Made by a program: the position numbers and the translations under genes
Source of the DNA: Patescibacteria group bacterium
GTDB taxonomy: Bacteria > Patescibacteriota > Patescibacteriia > JACRDY01
Direction of reading: 5' to 3'
NCBI GenBank assembly: GCA_041653535.1
Contig: JBAZFH010000002.1
Span: forward strand, 173,011 to 237,010
Length of the DNA stretch: 64,000 nt
The notes under the pieces: model-generated
The model's input: the letters and a program-made list of their open reading frames with translations, nothing else
Databases searched by the model: none
What the model was told of the DNA's origin: nothing
Shown here: piece by piece, positions 9,057 through 15,009 of the stretch
Layout: each line of letters starts with the position of its first letter
Position numbering within the stretch: the first letter of the stretch is position 1

Positions 9057-9702
9057 AGTTTTACTCGGGCTGACTGGGAGTGTAGCTTCCAAGCTCGACA
9101 GGCAAATTGTGGCAGCGCTAAAAGCAGAAGGTTGCGAGGTGATCGTTGTTCCAACTATTGCTTCGCTGTATTTCAGCTGGTCTCTCAAGCTCGAGTTTGT
9201 TAAAGCGTTGCTAGCAAGCAAGCTTGGCTTACTTGGTAGGATGTTAGCGCGGGTAATCGAGCTATTGTTTCCAAGCAAACTCGGAGCGCCGGTAGTTACC
9301 GATGCCGCCGAATGGCGCGGACTCAACTACAAAAAAAATATGCCGATCGAGCATATTGTCTTGCGCGACTGGGCTGATGTGCTGGTAATCGCGCCGCTGT
9401 CGGCTAACACGCTTGGCAAAATCGCAAACGGTCTAGCAGACAATCTACTGACTTGTATTGTCCGCGCTTGGGATCCGGCCAAACCAGTTGTGCTGGCACC
9501 GGCTATGAATACCAAGATGTGGCAGTCGTCGTTTACCGCAACGCACTTGCAAAGTTTGAAAAATATTTTTCAGCTGTGTGTAGTGCCACCGGTAAGTAAA
9601 AAGTTGGCTTGCGGCGATGAAGGAGTTGGTGCACTGGCTGCTATTACTGACATCGTCGCTGCTGTCGGCGTTGCCACAAAATCGTCTCTCGACGTTGTCT
9701 AG
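9043..9702 (+). CDS. HFCD-family flavoprotein (CoaC-like phosphopantothenoylcysteine decarboxylase)
   Basis: Start trimmed to ATG 9043 (SD AAGGAGG 9 nt upstream; 14-nt overlap with the CoaB-like gene). LGLTGSVAS, HIVLRDWADVLVIAPLSANTLGKIANGLADNLL, PAMNTKMW and LACGDEGVGAL. A roughly 40-aa insert follows the first strand. Confidence 0.7.
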   Translation: MTKNKVLLGLTGSVASKLDRQIVAALKAEGCEVIVVPTIASLYFSWSLKLEFVKALLASKLGLLGRMLARVIELLFPSKLGAPVVTDAAEWRGLNYKKNMPIEHIVLRDWADVLVIAPLSANTLGKIANGLADNLLTCIVRAWDPAKPVVLAPAMNTKMWQSSFTATHLQSLKNIFQLCVVPPVSKKLACGDEGVGALAAITDIVAAVGVATKSSLDVV

Positions 9703-9733
9703 TTGCAAATAACCTGAAAAAAAGGAGCGGTCA

Positions 9734-9991
9734 ATGGAAGCGTACAAAACAGTTTGTCCAGATTGCGGCTATGTCCGGTTTTGGACCGGTTGGAAAACCG
9801 GTTTGGGCAAGACCAAAGAACAGCTGGAACAGATGAGCCGTGATTTCAAGACATGCAAGAAATGCGGTTCGGTTAACGCCAAAACCGGTTCTGACCGTGA
9901 GTCTGAAATAGGCCGCGATTTTGCTGCCATGGACAAAGAGGCAGTGCGAGTCATTGGCGATTTTATCAAAGAACGGTTGGGGGTAAAATAG
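9734..9991 (+). CDS. Small zinc-ribbon protein (85 aa), unknown function
   Basis: CPDCG...CKKCG pair. SD AAAGGAG lies 6 nt upstream. Confidence 0.5.
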   Translation: MEAYKTVCPDCGYVRFWTGWKTGLGKTKEQLEQMSRDFKTCKKCGSVNAKTGSDRESEIGRDFAAMDKEAVRVIGDFIKERLGVK

Positions 9992-9992
9992 A

Positions 9993-10250
9993 ATGAAAGT
10001 CCGTGTTTATGGAGAAGATAAGGCAGGACTTGTCGCTGATACAACGGTGATTCAAATAACGTGTCCGCATTGCAACAGCGATCTGGACGTGACTTTTAGC
10101 GACATCAGTCGTTGTGCCGGTTTTCGTCACGATGTAGATGCTTGCGGAGTAAGGACTTGCTGCGGTGCCTGCAATCAGTATTTTCTCATTTCGCAAGACA
10201 AGATGCCAAAAAATTGGCTAAAGGCGTTATTTCCGCCTGATGAGTTTTGA
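9993..10250 (+). CDS. Small Cys-rich protein (85 aa), unknown function
   Basis: CPHC...C...C..CCGAC. The start is 1 nt after the previous stop, suggesting translational coupling. Confidence 0.5.
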   Translation: MKVRVYGEDKAGLVADTTVIQITCPHCNSDLDVTFSDISRCAGFRHDVDACGVRTCCGACNQYFLISQDKMPKNWLKALFPPDEF

Positions 10251-10260
10251 AAAAAAACAA

Positions 10261-10286
10261 AACCCCGTACCAAGTATGGGGTTTTT
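10261..10286 (+). terminator. Intrinsic terminator
   Basis: AACCCCGTA-CCAAG-TATGGGGTT (one GU pair) followed by TTT. Confidence 0.7.
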
Positions 10287-10352
10287 AAAATATTGACTTT
10301 TTTCTGTTATTATTCTAAGTTATATAGTTAAATAAAAAAGGAGGGCGTTAAC

Positions 10353-10724
10353 ATGTACAGAGACATTGAACCGGATGGACGCGTCCGCAGCGTTCTTTTC
10401 GCGGGATGGCTGGTTGTTGTGGGGTTGATGATCACCGTATTCTTTTTTCACATTTTAGGAAAGGTTGCTTGGGGGTTGTTTATTGCTCTTTATTCTTTGC
10501 CCTGGTGCATTTGGGGGTTTGTCACTATCGGCGCTTATGTTTTGCAGTTTAAAATGAACATGACGATGGGTAGTGGCAGTAAGGAAAAAAAAGAAGATTG
10601 GCGACGCGGCGGCAACAGACGGTACAGATATTCTGGTATTCCGGGGGGAAATTCCAGTGGTCTTTGGAATCAAGGTCGGGTTTGGGATCCGGAAAAAAAC
10701 CAATGGGAAGAAAAAAAGGAGTAA
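10353..10724 (+). CDS. Small membrane protein with a Gly/Arg/Trp-rich tail (123 aa)
   Basis: Two to three hydrophobic helices, then a charged tail KEKKEDWRRGGNRRYRY.... SD AAGGAGGG lies about 8 nt upstream. Confidence 0.5.
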   Translation: MYRDIEPDGRVRSVLFAGWLVVVGLMITVFFFHILGKVAWGLFIALYSLPWCIWGFVTIGAYVLQFKMNMTMGSGSKEKKEDWRRGGNRRYRYSGIPGGNSSGLWNQGRVWDPEKNQWEEKKE

Positions 10725-10758
10725 TGAGACGACTTAAATAACGCGAGGAGGGGAGAAA

Positions 10759-10983
10759 ATGAACCGCGTTAAGCAAGAGCCAAAACCCGGCAGAAAGTGC
10801 GTTCTTTGCGGTATGCCGCTGAGTATGTACAATCCAAACAATCAGTGTTTTTGTCATCAAACAGGGTTGAAAAACGACCCCTTGTTTCTACGAGTAGAAA
10901 AAACTGGTTGTTTTTCAACTGGAATTCGGGGCTTCGATTTTCGTCGGACCATGTCCGACTACGAAGGAAGATCGGTTGATTAA
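10759..10983 (+). CDS. Small putative zinc-binding protein (74 aa)
   Basis: KCVLCG...CFCH motif. SD GAGGAGGGGAG is upstream. Confidence 0.45.
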   Translation: MNRVKQEPKPGRKCVLCGMPLSMYNPNNQCFCHQTGLKNDPLFLRVEKTGCFSTGIRGFDFRRTMSDYEGRSVD

Positions 10984-10989
10984 AAATCT

Positions 10990-11026
10990 ATCCGCCCGAT
11001 ACACTAGTCGGGCGGATTTTTATTTT
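10990..11026 (+). terminator. Strong intrinsic terminator closing the SD-bearing block
   Basis: Perfect 10-bp stem ATCCGCCCGA (10990-10999) / TCGGGCGGAT (11008-11017), followed by TTTTTATTTT. Confidence 0.8.
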
Positions 11027-11068
11027 CTTGAAAAAAAAGGTTAAAAGTAGTACACTGCTACTGCTTTA

Positions 11069-11105
11069 TTTGGTAGCTGCGGATTGGTGGTTGATGATTG
11101 GGATC
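11069..11105. repeat. G/T-rich short-period repeat (TTTGGTAGCTGCGGATTGGTGGTTGATGATTGGGATC)
   Basis: Direct reading. Similar to 7212-7248. Also the 5' arm of a GU-rich pairing with 11178-11197. Confidence 0.6.
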
Positions 11106-11164
11106 TAGAAAATTTTTCTAACCATCCGCCTACGTCCGCCGCCGCGGACTTCGGCGAGGCAAGC

Positions 11165-11199
11165 TAACCATTAACCATTAATCATTAATCATTAATTAC
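11165..11199 (+). repeat. Five tandem heptamers TAACCAT/TAATCAT/TAATTAC forming a G-free trxB leader
   Basis: TAACCAT x2, TAATCAT x2, TAATTAC x1. The array ends 7 nt before the trxB ATG, and there is no G in 11165-11206. Confidence 0.85.
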
Positions 11200-11206
11200 T
11201 ATTTTT

Positions 11207-12148
11207 ATGGAAAATCAATACGATGTTGTCATCGTCGGTGGCGGTCCGGCTGGTATCGTTGCCGCTATTTATGCCGCGCGTAAACAATTAAATACCGTTA
11301 TTATCACCCCTGACCTCGGCGGTCAGATGGCGATTACCAACCATATAGAAAATTACCCCGGTTTTGAAAATATTTCCGGTCCAGAGTTGGTAAACAAATT
11401 TCGTTTGCAGGTGGAAAAGCTGGGCGGTAAATTTATTTTTGATCAAGTCGTCGGTATAGAGCCGGTTGACAGTATTTTTAAAGTCAAAACTTCTGGCAGG
11501 GAATTTATGACTCGAACAGTTGTCCTGGCTTTTGGTTTGACACCACGAGGGCTAGATGTTCCCGGAGAAGAAAAGTTTAAAGGACGCGGTATCGCTTTCT
11601 GTGCTACTTGTGACGCGCCGCTTTATAAAGGAAAAACCGTGGCAGTAGTTGGCGGTGGTAACAGCGCGATGGAAGCTATTACCGAGTTGTCTAAAATCGC
11701 TACCAAAGTTTATGCCACGCATCGCGGCGACAAATTTAGCACCGCTGATCCAGTCGAAGTAGAAAAGATTAGTGGTTACGCCAATGTCGAAGTGATGTTG
11801 AACAGTGAAATCACAGGGTTTATCGGGGATAAAAAATTAGAAAAAATTTTGGTTCATAATAATAAAAATGAAAAGCCGGATTTTGAGTTGGCGGTCGACG
11901 GCGTGTTTTTAGAAATCGGTTACGTGACTAAAACCGACTGGCTAAAAGGGTTTGTGGATATTGATGAAAAAGGACATGTATTAATCAATGAAAAGGCCGA
12001 AACTTCTCGACCCGGCGTTTATGCCGCTGGTGATGTGACCAATACGACTTATAAACAAATTGTTATTTCCGGCGGCGAGGGTGCCAAAGCCGCGTTGTCA
12101 GCTTATAAATATTTAAACAACTCCAAAACGGTTACGCCGGATTGGTAG
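11207..12148 (+). CDS. trxB: Thioredoxin-disulfide reductase
   Basis: 313 aa. GGGPAG FAD motif, redox-active CATCDA, GGGNSAMEA NADPH motif, and GDVT....KQ. Confidence 0.95.
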   Translation: MENQYDVVIVGGGPAGIVAAIYAARKQLNTVIITPDLGGQMAITNHIENYPGFENISGPELVNKFRLQVEKLGGKFIFDQVVGIEPVDSIFKVKTSGREFMTRTVVLAFGLTPRGLDVPGEEKFKGRGIAFCATCDAPLYKGKTVAVVGGGNSAMEAITELSKIATKVYATHRGDKFSTADPVEVEKISGYANVEVMLNSEITGFIGDKKLEKILVHNNKNEKPDFELAVDGVFLEIGYVTKTDWLKGFVDIDEKGHVLINEKAETSRPGVYAAGDVTNTTYKQIVISGGEGAKAALSAYKYLNNSKTVTPDW

Positions 12149-12154
12149 TGGATA

Positions 12155-12175
12155 GTCCAGAGTCCAAAGTCCAGA
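12155..12175 (+). repeat. Three tandem heptamers GTCCAGA/GTCCAAA/GTCCAGA
   Basis: Direct reading, immediately after the trxB stop. Confidence 0.8.
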
Positions 12176-12188
12176 GTTTGGGGTAAAT

Positions 12189-12236
12189 CCTCCTAACCTC
12201 CTAACCTCCTAACCTCCTAACCTTTTAACTTCCTAC
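12189..12236 (+). repeat. Tandem octamer CCTCCTAA x4 plus two degenerate units; G-free gdh leader
   Basis: Units at 12189-96, 12197-204, 12205-12 and 12213-20, then CCTTTTAA and CTTCCTAC. The array ends 4 nt before the gdh ATG. Confidence 0.9.
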
Positions 12237-12240
12237 TATT

Positions 12241-13482
12241 ATGTCTAATGCATTTTCCAACGCCATGAAGCAGCTTGACGTCGCTGCCAAATATTTGGAT
12301 TTTGAGCCAGAGATTTTGGATAAACTACGATCGCCGAAAAGAGCGTTCAATTTTTCTCTTCCGGTAAAAATGGATAATGGCACGACAAAAACTTTTGAAG
12401 GTTATCGCGTGCAATACAACGATGCCAGAGGTCCTTTTAAAGGTGGAATCCGTTTTCATCCTAAAGCCGACATGAACGAAGTAAAGGCATTGTCTTTTTG
12501 GATGACGATTAAGTGCGCTGTTGTCGGTATTCCTTTTGGTGGTGGCAAAGGCGGCGTGACAGTCGACCCCAAAAAATTGTCAGCAACTGAGCTAGAAAAT
12601 CTTTCTCGCGCTTATGCTCGCGCACTGGGTAAAAATATTGGTCCATATATTGATGTGCCGGCGCCCGATGTTTACACTACGCCGCAGATCATGGCTTGGA
12701 TGATGGATGAATACGAAAAATTGGTTGGTTGTCATGCGCCAGGAGTGATTACTGGCAAGCCTCTGTCTGTTGGCGGATCGCTAGGTCGCGACACAGCTAC
12801 GGCGCAAGGAGCTTTTTATGTTTTGCAGAGTTTGGCTAAAAAAATTAGATTAAACAAAAAAGCGAGTTTGGCAATACAGGGTTTTGGTAACGCCGGTTAC
12901 CATCTGGCGCGGTTAGCTTACGATGCCGGTTACGTTATTAAGGCGATAGCCGATTCGCGCGGCGGAATAGTGGCGCTGGACGCTAAAGGTTTTGATCCAA
13001 AAGAAGTGGTGGTTTACAAGGAAAATAATGGTGAACTGGGCAGTAATAAAACTAAGTACAAAAAAATAGTAAGTGAAAAAGTTTTGGAAGAAAAAGTGGA
13101 CGTGGTGGTTCCGGCGGCGCTAGAAAATCAAATTACCCTAAAAAATGTCGGCAAGATTAAAGCCGCGGTAGTACTGGAAGTGGCTAACGGACCGACTACT
13201 CCCGAGGCTGACGTGAAGTTGTTTAAAAAAAGCGTGGTGGTTTGCCCGGATGTTTTGACCAACGCCGGTGGCGTGACCGTTTCATACTTTGAGTGGGTGC
13301 AAAATTTGCAGGGTTATTATTGGACGGAAAAAGAAGTGTTTAGTAAGCTGCAGCCGATTATGGAGAGTTCATTTGCGGCTGTTTGGGATATTTCTCAAGA
13401 AAAAAAAGTTGATCTGCGTACTGCTAGTTTTGTTTTGGCAATCAAGCGTGTGGTGGAGGCGATGAAGGCGAGAGGGTATTAA
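12241..13482 (+). CDS. gdhA: Glu/Leu/Phe/Val-family dehydrogenase, most likely glutamate dehydrogenase
   Basis: 413 aa. The GPFKGGIRFHP...KCAVVGIPFGGGKGGV catalytic-Lys region and the GFGNAG Rossmann motif. Confidence 0.9.
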   Translation: MSNAFSNAMKQLDVAAKYLDFEPEILDKLRSPKRAFNFSLPVKMDNGTTKTFEGYRVQYNDARGPFKGGIRFHPKADMNEVKALSFWMTIKCAVVGIPFGGGKGGVTVDPKKLSATELENLSRAYARALGKNIGPYIDVPAPDVYTTPQIMAWMMDEYEKLVGCHAPGVITGKPLSVGGSLGRDTATAQGAFYVLQSLAKKIRLNKKASLAIQGFGNAGYHLARLAYDAGYVIKAIADSRGGIVALDAKGFDPKEVVVYKENNGELGSNKTKYKKIVSEKVLEEKVDVVVPAALENQITLKNVGKIKAAVVLEVANGPTTPEADVKLFKKSVVVCPDVLTNAGGVTVSYFEWVQNLQGYYWTEKEVFSKLQPIMESSFAAVWDISQEKKVDLRTASFVLAIKRVVEAMKARGY

Positions 13483-13501
13483 AAAGTAAAAAGTAAAAAA
13501 A

Positions 13502-13524
13502 CTGCGGGAGGCCGCGGTTTTTTG
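13502..13524 (+). terminator. Intrinsic terminator after gdh
   Basis: CTGCGG-GAGG-CCGCGG (one GU pair) followed by TTTTTT. Confidence 0.65.
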
Positions 13525-13651
13525 TATACTAAGTTTAGCCCCTGTATGCCGTTCCCTGCATACTTCGTTTTTATATTGACTAGCTATAGATTCCGTAGTA
13601 AGGTGTTAAATCAAGACAAAAGGTTCTTTTACGTAAAGAAGGAGTAGTCAA

Positions 13652-13879
13652 ATGAAAAGTTTTCTTTTGCGGAAGTGGCACGAGTTCATGGCTAAGAGTG
13701 ACGAGACTATTTGGTTGACGGTAATCCTTTCTGTCCTTTGCGCCGTTTGCGCGATTCTTGTCACCTTCGGGCTTGGCAACAATCCGGTGGTTTTTTTTCT
13801 CTTGGCCGTATTCTACGGCGCCCTTGCAGCAGTCCTTTTCTTTGTCACACCAAAGGTGCCATCACCACCGCCATTTTGA
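13652..13879 (+). CDS. Small two-helix membrane protein (75 aa)
   Basis: Two hydrophobic helices and a PSPPPF tail. SD GAAGGAG lies 7 nt upstream. Has its own terminator. Confidence 0.5.
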   Translation: MKSFLLRKWHEFMAKSDETIWLTVILSVLCAVCAILVTFGLGNNPVVFFLLAVFYGALAAVLFFVTPKVPSPPPF

Positions 13880-13892
13880 CCAATCACCCAAC

Positions 13893-13925
13893 GCCCTCGC
13901 GTTTCATATGACGCGGGGGTTTTTA
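13893..13925 (+). terminator. Intrinsic terminator
   Basis: CCCTCGCGT (13894-13902) pairs with ACGCGGGGG (13911-13919, one GU pair), followed by TTTTT. Confidence 0.7.
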
Positions 13926-13927
13926 AT

Positions 13928-14005
13928 TAGTATATAGTATATAGTATATACTATATAGTATAGAGTATAGAGGAAATTTACAAAAACCCTATATACTATA
14001 TACTA
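13928..14005. repeat. AGTATAT-type repeats forming a 17-bp perfect inverted repeat plus an inner 20-nt palindrome
   Basis: TAGTATATAGTATATAG (13928-13944) is the exact reverse complement of 13989-14005. There is an inner palindrome at 13938-13957. The 3' arm ends 6 nt before the rnhB ATG. Confidence 0.85.
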
Positions 14006-14011
14006 ATTTCC

Positions 14012-14629
14012 ATGATTACCCCGACTTTTAAACTTGAACAAATCGCCTTGGCTGACGGTTTCACTCTGATCGCCGGTATTGACGAAGCTGGTCGTGGACC
14101 TTGGGCTGGACCGCTCTGCGCTGCCGCAGTTATTTTGGATATCGCCAGTTTTAGCAACGACGCTGTTCGTGACTCCAAGATGTTAACGGCCAAAAAGCGT
14201 GAAGAGCTTTCTCCTTGGATTAAGGAAAACTGTATTGCTTGGTCGGCCGGTGAAGTTTCTTCCGAGGAGATCGACGCCATTGGTCTGCAAATGGGCAACA
14301 AAACCGCCATGAAGCGCGCGATAGAAAACCTCGCCACCAAGCCTGATTTTATCTTGACCGACTATGTCGGTCGGATTGAGTTTCGTACGCCTTTTAAAGT
14401 AGTAAAAATGGGCGACAAACTTTCTATTTCTATTGCCGCGGCTTCGATTATCGCCAAGGTTCATCGTGATGAGATAATGATGCGCCTAGCAGAGCAATAT
14501 CCAGAATATCGTTTTGACCTGCACAAAGGTTACGGCACGGCGCTCCACCAAGAAATGATCCAAAAATACGGACTTTGTCCGATTCATCGGCGCAGCTTTC
14601 GGCCGATCAAACAGGTTGCGAAAAGCTAA
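14012..14629 (+). CDS. rnhB: Ribonuclease HII
   Basis: 205 aa. GIDEAGRGPWAGPL and DSKMLTAKKRE motifs. Confidence 0.9.
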   Translation: MITPTFKLEQIALADGFTLIAGIDEAGRGPWAGPLCAAAVILDIASFSNDAVRDSKMLTAKKREELSPWIKENCIAWSAGEVSSEEIDAIGLQMGNKTAMKRAIENLATKPDFILTDYVGRIEFRTPFKVVKMGDKLSISIAAASIIAKVHRDEIMMRLAEQYPEYRFDLHKGYGTALHQEMIQKYGLCPIHRRSFRPIKQVAKS

Positions 14630-14645
14630 AATAGGTAGTAAAATC

Positions 14646-14680
14646 ATAAATAACTAAGCTACAGCTATTTATTTTTTTAT
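14646..14680 (+). terminator. Possible AT-rich intrinsic terminator after rnhB
   Basis: ATAAATA...TATTTAT arms with an inner AGCT-AC-AGCT, followed by a T-run. The stem is weak and AT-rich. Confidence 0.4.
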
Positions 14681-14691
14681 TTATCAAAAAT

Positions 14692-15000
14692 ATGGCAAAA
14701 GAACCATGGAGTGATGAGTCAATTACCGGTCCAAGAGTGGTGCCGTCTAACGCGGAGTTTGTTGATGTTCCCACTGACCCAAAAGTTGATGAAAAGATTT
14801 TTATCATGTCTTTGGTTTTACGTCCTGGTGAAAACCAGGTTGATACAGAAAAAATCCGTGATCGTTTTCAGAGAGTGGTAAGACATCTGGCAGCGCTAGA
14901 GGAAGAACTATTTGCCGGATTTGGCGAAGAAATGAAAAAAGCCGATTTGGAAGAGCTGCGTGACCGTTTCGAAAAATTAGTTAAAGAAAAAGCAGCCTAA
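14692..15000 (+). CDS. Hypothetical protein (102 aa, acidic, helical C-terminus)
   Basis: Clean ORF ending 9 nt before leuS. I recognise no motif. Confidence 0.4.
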   Translation: MAKEPWSDESITGPRVVPSNAEFVDVPTDPKVDEKIFIMSLVLRPGENQVDTEKIRDRFQRVVRHLAALEEELFAGFGEEMKKADLEELRDRFEKLVKEKAA

Positions 15001-15009
15001 GATAATTTT

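Noticed and set aside
427-9747. Antisense or alternative-frame ORFs in the track: 427-807(-), 1274-1585(-), 1353-1709(-), 2401-2694(+), 2612-3034(+), 4230-4574(-), 7431-7715(-), 7708-8166(-), 8919-9326(-), 9445-9747(-), and similar ones later (13996-14340, 28512-28892, 32193-32633, 45640-45969, 57652-57972)
   Set aside because: Each lies entirely within, or opposite, a CDS with strong family motifs. Their translations are low-complexity with no recognisable motifs. They are treated as shadow ORFs.
7249-11026. Calling the SD-bearing block a prophage or integrative element
   Set aside because: I could recognise no integrase, recombinase, capsid, terminase or tRNA attachment site. Only compositional and translation-signal evidence plus weak flanking repeats support it, so it is reported as a probable acquired block and not annotated as a mobile element.
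11165-12236. CRISPR arrays at the tandem-repeat regions (11165-11199, 12189-12236, 13928-14005)
   Set aside because: The repeat periods are 7-8 nt with no unique spacers of about 30 nt, and no cas genes are in the window. These are simple tandem or inverted repeats.
10797-13911. Overlapping same-strand ORFs 10797-10979 and 13711-13911
   Set aside because: They are alternative frames of SD-preceded ORFs (10759-10983, 13652-13879), lack ribosome-binding signals of their own, and give low-complexity translations.
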